A DNA stretch of 64,000 nt, from NCBI GenBank assembly GCA_010909165.1, contig MU008175.1, forward strand, positions 859,370-923,369. Reading direction: 5' to 3'. The position numbers and the translations under genes are program-made. This document shows positions 40,765-53,469 of the stretch, in pieces. Every line of letters starts with the position of its first letter. Position 1 is the first letter of the stretch. Below the pieces are notes generated by a model. The model was not told the origin of the DNA, did not search any database, and saw nothing but the letters and a program-made list of their open reading frames with translations. This stretch comes from Anthoceros angustus (lineage: Eukaryota > Plantae > Anthocerotophyta).

Positions 40765-41337
40765 ATTGAGGTGCATGTGGCACACTCTTGAACAAGTAGC
40801 CCTAAACCCCAGCCGTCGATTTGGACACCTGATGGCATGCCATTGCATTCGTATTCATCGAACGGGAGCAAACATTAAGGACCTTCGCGCGAGGGGAGAC
40901 ATGTTTAACAAAAATGTGCATGTGTGAACATAAATATGTGTATGTGTGTAAGAAAAACCCTAAACGGCAGGAAAAAATCCTAATGACAATATCCGAACAC
41001 TAGAGCCTAAGTTGTGAGACATGAAGTTTTCTGCCGCATACGGCCCGTCATGCGATGATGTGGCTTATGTAGATGCCAAGGCATCTAAGTGTAGAATACT
41101 GGTGAAAAAAAAGTTGTCACACACACGCTGCCCGGTGATGACTTCGGTATTCCATAATTCACCACACAGGTGAATATGTAACTTTTATTTGGCTGAAACT
41201 GGCGTACAAAAATCTCTCACTCTAGTGAAAATGTAAAGGATCAATAGGTAACTTTTAATATGGCTGAAACTTGCATAGAAAAATCTCACTCTAGTGAAAA
41301 TGAAAAGGATAAAAATATTTCTTCACAAACATACTAA

Positions 41338-41396
41338 TGGGGCATTGCGAGAATCGAACTCGCGACCTCTTGCACCCTAATTAAGACCAAATGCCC
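41338..41396 (-). pseudogene. tRNA-Pro(AGG) pseudogene missing most of the D-arm and 5' anticodon stem
   Basis: Minus strand GGGCATTTGGTCT-taa-TTAGGGTGCAAGAGGTCGCGAGTTCGATTCTCGCAATGCCCCA. Acceptor stem, anticodon AGG and T-arm match plant tRNA-Pro. Confidence 0.8.
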
Positions 41397-41699
41397 TTGG
41401 CAAACAGCCATGGCAGCAAGTTTTTTTCTCTACAAATTTTGGGCATTTACCATCCAAATCTTTATCCATAATGTGCTAAGATTTGATCAATATATGTCTG
41501 TCGGAAGGACTTTGAGGCAAGACTGGCTTCTTACCCAGGTCCTCTTCGTTGTATTCTTGTGGCTTCTTCTTCCTATTAAAACCTCAGCTATACGAAAACT
41601 GATTTATGTAAATTGAAAATTAATACATATGTATCGCAAACTTTGACTCCTCGTATAGAAGAGGGCCGTCCCTTACCCCTTAGCAAACTTTGACCCCCC

Positions 41700-42445
41700 T
41701 CTTTACAGAAGGGGGCCACGGTGTGCCTCACACCTTGCTTTCCACGCTTGCTCATTTTTAAAGCTCCTAACTTCAGCTTTTCTGATGCCTGATACAAGTT
41801 TTCTATACGGAGGACCCAAGGCCAAAGCGTTGTATCTGCAATGTTGTACCCATGATCGATAATATACTCTCGACCTTCCAACTGCTTCTCCAAAACCCTA
41901 AGAAGTTGTTTGGTTTCTGTAGCATCACGCCCTAATGTATAGGAATCGATGGTCTTGGTCATGCCGTACTTGAAGAAATGCCCAAACTGTTCTACAACAA
42001 CAATTCATCGATCAAATGGCAGTTAGAGAGCATGCACAACTAATGCAAATTCTTCGGAACACCCACCCATCTAAACAGAGGGCTGCCGCAAGCCATCTGG
42101 AAAAAGACCCACTGAATTGTTTCTCATTCAAGTCGAGGATCCTAGGAAATGAGCTTCCCAGTTGTCTCAGCCAAATACAACAAAACGCTCCTGGCCCAAA
42201 TGAGCTAAAAGGCTTCCTATGGCCGTCTGCAGCATGGCACCGACTTGTAAGCTCAATCTCTAGAAAGCCTGATGGAAGACCCTGAAGAGCAAAATGACTC
42301 ACCAAGAAACTACCCGGGCAATTGCGGTCTACAATAATTGGGATCTTGGAGTTGGGGTTAATTGCGATGAACTCAAGTGTGCACTGCTATCCCTTCATCA
42401 TGTTTACTAAGTGGACATTGTATTCCAGCCCTAACTCCTTCAAAG
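41700..42445 (-). pseudogene. Ure2p/Nu-class (YfcG/YghU-like) glutathione S-transferase pseudogene, 5'-truncated
   Basis: ELGLEYNVHLVNMMKG*QCTLEFIAINPNSKIPIIVD; GAILLYLAETTGKLIPKDP; QWVFFQM; QFGHFFKY...ETKQLLRVLEKQLEGREYII...YNIADTTLWPWV. Contains a stop and frameshifts. Confidence 0.82.
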
Positions 42446-42464
42446 CAACCCCAATCTTCAAGCC

Positions 42465-42978
42465 TCCTTCCCTCTCGCCCTCTCGCCCTCTCTCCTCCTC
42501 CTCCTCCTCTTCTTCCTACTCCTCCTCCTCCTCTAACTTAGATCCCTCTCCCCCTTTTCCTCCTCCTCTCCTCCTCTCCTCCTCTCCTCCTCTCCTCCTC
42601 TCCTCCTCCTCTCCTCCTCTCCTCCTCTCCTCCTCTCCTCCTCTCCTCCTCTCCTCCTCTCCTCCTCTCCTCCTCTCCTCCTCCTCTCCTCTCTCCTCCT
42701 CTCCTCCTCCTCTCCTCTCCTCCTCTCTCCTCCTCTCCTCCTCTCCTCCTCTCTCCTCTCCTCCTCCTCCTCTCCTCCTCTCCTCCTCTCCTCCTCTCCT
42801 CCTCTCCTCCTCTCCTCCTCCTCTCCTCCTCTCCTCCTCTCCTCTCTCCTCTCCTCCTCTCCTCCTCTCCTCCTCCTCTCCTCTCTCCTCTCTCCTCCTC
42901 TCCTCCTCTCCTCCTCTCCTCCTCTCCTCCTCTCCTCCTCTCCTCCTCTCCTCCTCCTCCTCTCCCCTCCTCCTCCTT
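42465..42978. repeat. ~500-bp pure C/T low-complexity tract (CTC/CTCTC)
   Basis: Seen directly; corresponds to the short C/T run at ~39680-39725 in the intact CCCTA element. Confidence 0.95.
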
Positions 42979-42999
42979 GCTTCCGAACGCAAAGTGAGC

Positions 43000-43954
43000 C
43001 TCGCCCCCACGAACTTAGACATAGGTAAATAATATTATGTTTAGGTTACAAGTATAAATACGTATTTTAGTCATATATATATATATATATATATACATAT
43101 AGGAATATACACAACAAGTGGGCCTGGAAACCGTATATATAGATAGACATATAAATAATCTAGAATCCTACAATACGTAATCAGGTAAAAACAAGAGTTT
43201 TCAATTGTGTATGTGGAGCTTAAAAACAAAACCAGATGTGGACACAAGGGTGCATTGAAGAGGGAAGGTAGATTATAAATGCATAGCTATGCAAAGGAGG
43301 CAAAATGGAAAGAGAATGACAACCACAGGAGAGAGATAGAGTTCTAGTTCTCATGTAGGAAAAGCAAGAGGGAAGAATAAAATAGTAGCGTGAGAGGGAA
43401 CACATGTTGCAACACAAAGAGGAAAAATTATAAAATGGGTGTCATCGAGCATTAACTAGGAGTGTGAGGTGAAAGGAGAGACCAAAGGAGTTGTTAAGAT
43501 GGTGAGAGAAGGTGGAGAAGAAAATCACAAACTTAACACCAAGCCAACAAACTTAATGCTAAGTTCTTAATGGTGAGGTATAAGGGGTTAGACCACTTGC
43601 ATGTTGTTAAGATGGTGAGAGAAGGTGGAGAAGAGTATCACAACCTTAACACCAAGCCAACTAACTTAATGAGTGTTCCAAATGGAAAGTGTTACATGAA
43701 ATTGTAACAAAGGACTGTAACATAAGCAAGTTTGCATAGTATATGTTTAAAATCATAAACAATGCTTGTGAGAGAGAGGGTGTACTTAGGAGGGTGAGAT
43801 GATGAGGAGAGAGTCGTTCGTGTTAAGATGGTGACAAAATGAGAAGGGAATAGTGTCAAACTTAATACCAAGCCTACATAGCTTGTTGCAATTTGGAAGT
43901 GTAACATAAAATTGCAACAACGACTGTAACATAGGCTGCCCTTTTCTAGTAGGG
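43000..43954. mobile_element. Right half of a second CCCTA/CACTA copy
   Basis: Colinear with 39722-40764; ends GGCTGCCCTTTTCTAGTAGGG; left end not found. Confidence 0.85.
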
Positions 43955-44169
43955 TTTGGCACAAACCATTCCCTTGGGAGCGAATCCTAGGCCTACAACA
44001 ACATTGAGGGTGAATGTGCACCTCATGGTGTCTCTAGACACAAGTTTCCACCCCACAAAGGGCTGGTTGGGTTATATGGGCAACAATGGACATGAATGAA
44101 GGAGAGCACAAGTTTACATTGTTTTGCACCACCACGCCATATGAGTTCGAGGCAGTAATCCAAGACCCT

Positions 44170-46010
44170 GATGTGTAAAACCTCGATCACTAGTCAAAGA
44201 GTTCCGCGAATGCATGCGCCCGCCGGCGCGACTTTTCTTGTGACCCGGCGCGCACAATCCGTGTCGTTGTAGTAAGTCCGTTCCCAAGAGAATGGTATCG
44301 TGCTTATTCGCCTCGAGCTCTACAACTGCCGCTGAGCGGACTTCATCATGTTGGGTCCGGCTCCACAACCCTAAGTGTGTGCCCCTCCACAACTCGTGGG
44401 ACGGTGGCGCCACCACCGGACCTTCCCACAAACCCCGCCCGGGTTTCTCCAGTACCACCGGAACAAGTTTAGCGACGCGTTCCTCCGTCGGTCTGCGTAC
44501 TCTAGCGGCCCAGCGCTCCTCAACTCTATCCGTCCACCACTCCACCTCAACACACAGGCCGCAATGCGACCCTCCTCCCTTATCCATTCCCAGCTAGTAG
44601 TCACAACACCAACACGCCGATGTATTCACACCAGGTCGCCTTTGCCCGTTCCGCTTCGTTGAGAAGTAGCTTCCGACTGCAACTCCACGACCTCCGTTCA
44701 GTGACCTCCAGGATGGCTTCCGTCCAGTGAGTCACCCCAGCGCCTCCTAATCCCTCGGGCACGCGTTGAGAAGTAGCTTCCAAACTGCAACTCCACGACC
44801 TCCGTTCAGTGACCTCAAGGATGGCTTCCGTCCGTGAGTCACCCCAAGCGCCTCCTAATCCCTCCTAGTGCCTTCACGTTTTGAGGAGAAGTAGCTTCCA
44901 CTGCAACCCCACGCCTCCGTTCAGCCTCCAAGGATGGCTTCCGTCCAGCCAGTCACCCCAAGCGCCTCTAATCCTCCTACCGCTTCACGTTTTGAGGAGA
45001 AGTGGCTTCGCGGCTGCAACTCCACGACCTCCGTTCAGTGACCTCAAGGATGGCTTCCGTCCAGCAGTCACCCCAAGCGCCTCTAATCCCTCCTACCGCT
45101 TCACGTTCGAGGAGAAGTGGCTTCGCGGCTGCAACTCCACGACCTCCGTTCCAACAGCCTCCAAGGTTAGTCTCGCACCCGAGAAATCACTTGTTAGCAC
45201 CTCCCGAGCTCAGTCCGAGTGCACCCATCAAGCGTGTTGGCGGAGCTCGTCACCGAGCTCTAAACACGCCCCTCTACCACCAATTAATCCCGCAGTGGCA
45301 GAACTCACTCGCTCCTCGAGCTCGGAAGGCAAACACGGGCCGAAGATGGTACGGATAGTCTCCCTCTTGGGCGGGCCTCCCTTTATATCCCCAACACCCT
45401 AATCTACCCTATGTATGTACCTTAACTCGATCGTGGTAACCGGACTCCGTCGACCGAGCGGGCCGGCTTCCGTCGAACGCCGGCCGGACTCACTCCGTCG
45501 AACGCCGGCCGGACTCACTCCGTCGAACGCCGCCGGCGACTCCGTCGAGCATACTTCCGGCGGCCGGCGACTCCGTCGACGCCGCTGAACGCTGGCCGGC
45601 GACTCCGTCGAACGCCGCTTCAGCGGGCGGCTCCGTCAGCTTATTGGCCGCCGGCCGGCGACTCCGTCAGACTTATGTCAGCCGCCGCGGCGGCTTCCGT
45701 CGAACGCCGCTGGCCGGGCCGGCTTCCGTCAACGCCGCCGGCGGCTTCCGTCGGGCGGGACTCACTCCGTCAGCTTCGGCCGGGACTCACTCCGTCGAAC
45801 GCCGCCGGCGGACTCACTCCGTCGAACGCCGCCGGCGGACTCACTCCATCGAACCCGCCCGGACGGACCTAGGGTCTAAAGTTGCACACTATGCAATCCG
45901 CCAAACGCCTTATTGGCTAACTCCTCCCTATCCTCTTAATGTGACCGAAAAAACAAAACAAGCCTAAAACAAGTCGCCAGGAGTACGGACATCGGATTTG
46001 GCACTCCACA
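44170..46010 (-). mobile_element. Probable solo LTR or LTR-like segment with two internal tandem arrays
   Basis: Minus-strand TATA-like GGATATAAAGG near 45385; ~115-120-bp repeats at 44650-45150; CTCCGTCGAACGCCG repeats at 45440-45860. No TSD confirmed. Confidence 0.45.
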
Positions 46011-46164
46011 GCCACCACACTGTAAGTTGTCTGAAATGAGAGTCTTGTTGATTACCCTGTGACTTTGATGAATGACCTCCCTTTCGGTTTTTTTGTTTTG
46101 CAGCCACCCTTAGTTGGAAGGGTTCTCATTAGGGCTATCTATGGGAAGATTATAGAGACAATTG

Positions 46165-49100
46165 TGTTGATGCACAAGTGATTTAGGTGTTCGCCAGCAG
46201 ACTAAGTTCTAGGGCACGTTTCATTAGGGTTATTTACTTGTACGCAGTTAAGCAGTTTAAGCAGTTGGCTTAACGGTTATTCATTAGTAGCAGTTACAAC
46301 TTACTATTGTAAGCCTACTTAAGGCGTGTCATGTACACAAGTAAATTACTTCTTCTTCTTCATTATTCTCTCTACTTTTAGATGGTATCGAAGCTAGGCT
46401 CGCCGCTTCAACCGCCTCGCGCCCTGGATCTGCAATCCGGAAGCATGGCGGCGGACGCAAAGCATCTCAACATAAAGATCCCGGCCTCAGCATGCCTCGG
46501 CGCCGCCATCCAGAGAGTTTTGCGCCACAAGGCAGACCCACATCGCAAGTGACCAGACTTTGCAGCGATTGCCTGGATCGCATCATCGCACCCAGGAGCG
46601 CACCGCTCCACCACCCACAGCCGCGATCTGCTCCACTGCCATCGCGCGCACCAGCACTGAGCCGCTCCCCAGCACAATTCGCTACACACTCAACACATCG
46701 CCATGGCTGTGCTTACATCGCGCTCTCTCCTGCAGCAGTCACCGCAAGTTCAGAGTATTTCAAAATTCAACTGAATTGCATAGAGTCGCAACTAGAAGCC
46801 CTGCATCTAGAAGTGTGCAAGCTTGCCATGATCAAGCGCAAATAGACTATGTAGACCACTAAATTTGCAGACTTCCGCAGTACATGTTTGCTTTTGATCC
46901 ATTAGCAACAGCAGAGGCCAACATCAGGCGTCGTCGTCGCATGATGGCGTCGAATCCACCACCCACCAACACAACATTAAATTTCAACACCACAAAACTG
47001 GATTTCAGAAACCGTGATCGCCTCACGGGAAGCGACTACGACATTTGGCGAGATAAGGATCCAAGCCTTGCTCGAGGAGCACGACCTTATGGGCGTCGTC
47101 GACCAGACACCCTAAGCCATCCACAACATCAAACCCACCAGCAACTCCGGATGAAATTGCGGGATGGGAGAAGAGTGACAACGAGCCCGCAACATTCTTA
47201 TTTTAATCGATAAGAATATGTTACAACACACACGGCCAGTAACTTCAAGCGGCTGGAACACCTTCAACGAGATGTTCCAAGCCCAAAGTTCAATGTCACT
47301 AGTAAATGCAACACGTCAATTTTACTCATCGAGAATGAAAGAATCGGGTTGAAAGACGCGTGCATAACTTTAGGTCCGCAAGGGCAAAGTTATCCACAAG
47401 CGGCACCACCCTCACAGAACTGCAAGCAGCAGTCGATCTTCTAACCTCCTTGCCTGGTTCATACAGAACATTCGTCAGTTCTCAAAACACAGTGCTCAGA
47501 CAAACAGGACAAGCAGGAGGTTCGGCACCTTACACACTTTCTGAAGTTGTTGCAGCCCTTCTTGAAGAAGAATCCAGCCGGATAGGCACTTCACGCTCCA
47601 ATACTGGAGCCAATCACGTGCTCTTTGCATCACGAGGCCGTGGTGCAAGGCGAGACCCATCGCATAGTGACCGGACTTTGCGGCGATTGCACGGATCGCA
47701 TCACCGCACCAGGGCGCCGCTCCACCACCCACGCGATCGCTCACGCCATCGCTACATAGAGCAGCTCCCCGGTCGCTACACACTCAACACATCGCCATGG
47801 CTGTGCTTACATCGCGCTCTCTCCTGCAGCATTCACCGCAAGTTCAGAGTATTTCAAAATTCGACTGAATTGCATAGAGTCGCAACTAGAAGCCCTGCAT
47901 CTAGAAGTGTGCAAGCTTGCCATGATCAAGCGCAAGTAGACTATGTAGACCACTAAATTTGCAGACTTCTGCAGTACATGTTTGCTTTTGATCCATTAGC
48001 AGCAGGCCAACATCGCGTCGTCCGCGATGGCGTTGAATCCACCACCCACCAACACAACATTAAATTTCAACACCACAAATGGATTTGAGAGTGATCGCTC
48101 AGCGACTCGACATTTGGCGAGATAAGGATCCAAGCCTTGCTCGAGGAGCACGACCTTATAGGCGTCGTCGGTACACACCCTAAGCCATCCACAACATCAA
48201 ACCCACCAGCAACTCCGGATGAAATTGCAGGATGGGAGAAGAGTGACAACGAGCCCGCAACATTCTTATTTCGATCGATAAGAATATGTTACAACACACA
48301 CGGCCAGTAACTTCAAGCGGCATCGGAACACCTTCAACGAGATGTTCCAAGCCCAAAGTTCAATGTCACTAGTAAATGCAACACGTCAATTTTACTCACG
48401 AGAATGAAAGAATCGGATGTTGAGCGGACGTGCATAACTTTAGGTCCGCAAGGGCAAAGTTATTCACCAGCGGCACCACCCTCACAGGCGCAAGCGGCGA
48501 TCGCTCTTCTAACCTCCTTGCCTGGTTCATACGAACATTCGTCGATTCTCAAAACACGATTGCTCGGACAAAGCGGCTGGCGGAGGTTCGCACCTTACAC
48601 ACTTTCAAGTTGTTGCAGCCCTTCTCGAAGAAGAATCCAGCGAATAGGCACTTCACGCCCAATCGGAGCTAATCACGTGCTCTTTGCATCACGAGGCGTG
48701 GTGCAAGGCGGCGATTTTAGACCCGGTTTTCCTCGCGGAAGCCCACCGGTCGATTCAAGACCTTCTTCGGTCGGGTCCAAGGCAACCACAAAACAGAATT
48801 CAGAAGGGAGCATGCAACTGGTGCAAAATTATCGGGCACTATGAAAACGAATGCCGTAAGAAGATGTCAGGCGAACCTCGTCGAGACAGTCCAAGAAACG
48901 AGTCACATGTCACCACAACCAACAAACAGCCTGCAGCAAATTCAATATTGGCAGTATGCCTTACACTCACGAGGACAGATCCTCATCGATGGTTCCTCGA
49001 CTCAGGGGCTACCACCCATATTTGCAGCAGCATCGACATGTTCAACTCATATCATCAAGTATTATCCAACCAACACGTCTTGCTCGGAGATGACAGTGCA

Positions 49101-52100
49101 TTACCCATCAGTGGGTCAGGAGATATCAAGCTACGGCTTGCAAACGGAGAAACACTCCTCATTAACGGAGTTCTGCACGTCCCAACAATGACAAAGAATT
49201 TGCTATCATCCGCAAGCTAGCAATCGAGCATGACTGGTAATCACATTCGTGGTAACCGCACCATTAGCCATGCAAAGATCCCGACCACAGCCCTTGCTCA
49301 CGGCTTACCTTACAATGACTTGTACTTTGAACATTCAATCCCACTCATCTTTGTCGGTGAGCTCTCCGTAACAAAACAAAACAAATTCCTACTATAAGCT
49401 GCCGTCTGGTCACATGAACCCGAGGTATTTGAACTCATTTGCCAATCCTGCAATGTACAGAGATCCAATTAAACTTCATGTACAACAGGACTTTTTCTGC
49501 GAAATCTGTAAGTACACAAAACTAAATCAGCTGCCATTCAATGACCCTCAACCTACCAGGGCTAGAAGACTTCTGGAAGTCATCCATTCTGACATTTGTG
49601 GTCCCATGAGTACAGTTTCCTTTGGAGGACCCATACGTCCTCACCTTCATGGACGAGTGGAGTAGGTATACCCACATATACTTCTTGAAGCACAAAAGTG
49701 AAGCCCTTAATTACTTCCGAGAGTTCCTCACCACCGTAGAACGCCAAACCGGCTTCCTAGTTGGCACCCTGCGAACAGACAATGCAGGTGAATACACAAG
49801 CCAGGCCTTTCAGTCCTTCTGTAAACTCAAGGGCATTCTCAGGCAGCTTACCGTTCCTCATACTCCTGCACAAAACCCCTTCGCAGAGAGGCTCAACAGA
49901 TCCATACTTGAAATCTCTAGATCCCTTCTCAAACTAGCAGGTCTAACAAAAGGGATACTGGGCAGAGGCAGTCTCAACCGCAACCTACCTTAAGAATAGA
50001 CTACCAACCAAGAACTCCCAAACATCACACCTTACGAAGATGGACCGCAATAAACCAAGAATTTCACACTTACGTATCTTTGGGAGTCCATTTTGCCCAT
50101 ATAGCGGATGTCAATCGTAGCAAGTGGGACGACAAGAGCGTAAAACTCACATTCATAGGGTACTCGGATCAAGTTAAAGCCTATAGGTTATTCGACCCCT
50201 ACGAGAGGTCATTCACTCTAGAAGTGCACATTTTAATGAGGGCAACGTTCTTCACCATTACCTCACCAAGACCCAAAGCTACCCCTTCCCGATGCCACCT
50301 TTATGGACACTCCTTGATTCCCTCTTGATCTTGAGGGGCCCACTACGACCAGATGATCTACAATCTCAAGGTCAATCAATTTTCCATCCAGTCCCGCACC
50401 CATTGTCCAACCATCGACGTGACAGCTCCTTCTTCGGCACACCAGTGCTGACCACTAGGGTCGCAGCCACAACTCACCCACCAACCTCCCGATTCAAGTC
50501 AGCACACAGAGGTAAGCGAACTCCTAGTATTCCCGAACCTCACTCACCACCTGCAGAACCTGAACAGCAACTCCCCAGACGATCATCTCGACATAGGCCT
50601 CCCCGAGACGAATGGAAGGAGCCCCCATATGTACCAGGAGATATCCTCATACAAAGACAAATTGCAGCAGCAGACGCACCTGCGGACACACAGCAGCAGC
50701 AAGTTCAAATAGCTCTTCATCAAGCATTATCGGCAATCGAAATGCAAGGAGTCCCACTCACAATAGAAGAGGCTTTCAAATCTCCAGAGTGGACAGCAGC
50801 TGCAAAAGATGAGTATGACTCTCTTATAGCAAATAATACTTGGGAACTGATAGACTTGCCTCCAGGCAGAAAGCCCATATCCTGCAAATGGACATTTCGG
50901 AGGAAGCTCAACCCGGACGGCACAGTGTCAAGATACAAAGGACGACTGGTGGCCAGAGGTTTCACTTAGATCCCTGGGTTCGATTATGAGGAGAATCGCC
51001 TGTACAGCCCAGTTGTCAAATCAACTTCCATTCGAACTCTTTCGGCCTTTGCTGCACATCACCACCTCGACATTCATCAAGTCGACGTAAAAACAGCATT
51101 CTTATACGGAACACTCAACGAGGAAATCTATATGTTGCAACCACCAGGGTTCGCGAAGGATAACAAGAAGGTTTGCCGACTCTTGAAGTCACCGTATGGT
51201 CTCAACAAGCTCAAGTATGGAGCGACCGTAGATCATTACTTGAAAAATGCGGATTTGTTCCCTATCGACTCAAGTGTTTACCTCATGAGAGATGGGGAGA
51301 AGTTCGCCATTGTGACACTCGTCGGCGACAATTTCGTCTTGAAATGATTCAGCGTTCATACAAGGTAAAAGACCTTTTATCCAAGGAGTCTGAAGTTTCG
51401 ACCTTGGGCGGTGAAATCGCCCTCGGCAATTTGAGAGAGACCCTAAGAACCACACGTTCTTCATACATCAAGCACACTATGTGGAGCAACCACGAGCGAT
51501 TCAATCTCAAAAGGCAAAAGCCGCAACACCCATAGCGGCGGTGATAAAGTGTCGAGAACGCCCTACCACACTAGAGGAGCGAGAAGGAGATGATCAACAT
51601 ACCATATAGCGAGGCGGTGAAGTATTCACTTATCTATATGGACTCGACGGACGTGGCTCAGTCATTGCTTCACGATATCGCCAAACCACAGGTGGCACGA
51701 CACATGTTAAGCGCATTTTGAGATATCCGAAAGGCACCAAGACGCTCGGACTTTACTACAAAGGTGACCCTAAACACAAACTTACACTCACTTCTCGGAT
51801 GCAGGTGAGACCCAGACGCCGTCGATCCACAGCCATCGTATGATGATGAATGGAGGATGCATTTCATGGGCGTGTAAGAAGATGCCCACTATGCCTCTCT
51901 TCAAGCGAGGCGTCGCTGCAACCTCACCGGCGTGAAATCTGGATCGACAATTCACGAAAGACATTGGAGAGGAGCGGACGCCCAATTCTTGATGTGACAA
52001 TCATCCATAATAGCTATGACTTTGAACCCGCACGCATACGGACTAAGCACGTAGAAATTCAGCACCACTTTATTAGGCAAGTAGTAAGCAAGTAGTAACC

Positions 52101-52815
52101 GCAGATAAACGATAACACGGCAGATCTCATGACCAAGGGATTGTCGAAGCATCTGCATGAAAGGCACGTACAGGGTATTGGACTTATAAGCAAGGAGACT
52201 TATCTAGGGTTCTGCAGTCCACCGCCCAGAGCAGCTTAAGGGGGAGCTCAGCATCGACAGCGAGGAAGAGGAGTCTTCGCGACAGTTGAACATCCATCTT
52301 CACCAACAGTTTATATCAGTCTGGCAGAGGTGTTGATGCGGCGATCATGAACTCTTCCATACTGACGTCTTCCCAAGCTGCATGTGATGCTCCAGAGTCC
52401 TTTTTCAGCCGGGACTTCTTCGAATCAGCTCTGCGCCTAGGAACTTCAGTTCGTTCGAGACTTGCGATCTTGTCGCTCACAGCTGAGATCAGGTGACTCA
52501 TGAACTGAAGGAACCACCAGATGCTTGATAAGATGCTCGGCGAACGGAGGAGCAACGTGCGATATGTGACCATCCGAGCTTCACGGCTTAGAACCAAGTC
52601 ACCGACGAGGGGAGTGTTGATGCACAAGTGATTTAGGTGTTCGCGGACTAAGTTCTAGGGCACGTTTCATTAGGGTTATTTACTTATGCGCTAAGCGGTT
52701 TTGATTAAGCGATTTATTCATTAATGTGATTACAACTTACTATTGTAAGCCTACTTAAGGCGTGTCATGTACACAAGTAAATTACTTCTTCTTCATTATT
52801 CTCTCTACTTTTAGA
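46165..52815 (+). mobile_element. Full-length Ty1/Copia LTR retrotransposon; LTRs 46165-46382 and 52615-52815; TSD AATTG
   Basis: AATTG|TGTTGATGCAC...CTACTTTTAGA|AATTG. PBS TGGTATCGAAGC at 46383; PPT GAGGGGGAG. Gag zinc knuckle CNWCKIIGHYENEC, protease WFLDSGATTHI, integrase IHSDICGP/RTDNAGEY, RT YKGRLVARGF, RNase H RTKHVEIQHHFIR. Many frameshifts. Confidence 0.95.
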
Positions 52816-53469
52816 AATTGTGGATCACGGGAGGGAGGTGTCCATGAGGCAGTGAGAAGCCCCATCGAATCAAGAGGCGAAAGTCCGGAGCCGAGATTCC
52901 AAGTGAACTTGCCCATCGGATGAGGAAGATGGCCCCATTCAGACGTCTAGGCCATTCGGATAAAGAAGTGTCTGGGGGATAGGATGAAGAACGGGATGCT
53001 ATCGATCAGTCCAGCTTGGCAATGCATGGGCCATCCATGGTTATCCCAATCATCACGTACAATCGATGAGGTTCACAGGTGAGCCCGGCGCCGGTGTGCT
53101 TAAGGGTGGAGTAGGTGCGGACTTGCCCCGGATCCAAACTAGTCTATCCAATTTCAAGGATGGTGGTGGGCGCCGGCCGGCCAGCCTTGATTAGAGCTTC
53201 ACGGCCCGGTTAGCGCTTACCCGGCGCCCGGTTAAACTTCATCGGCGGAACCCTTCCACGTGAGCATGGTGCAAGTGGCGGCGGTGGTGGAGTTACGAAG
53301 GAGTGCAAATGACCATGGCGGAAGTACAATCTTTACAAAGTCTTTGGGATTGATTCGAGAAAGGCAGCGTCTACAAGCGGAAGAAAGTGGACAATCGAAC
53401 ACACATTTTGTGCATTGCCAAGCGGGAGGGAAAGGTTTGGGACAATGTAGACATGATTTTTCCAAGTGG

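Noticed and set aside
42322-43032. Extensin-like S/P/L ORF and antisense E/R/G ORF
   Set aside because: Translations of the C/T low-complexity tract.
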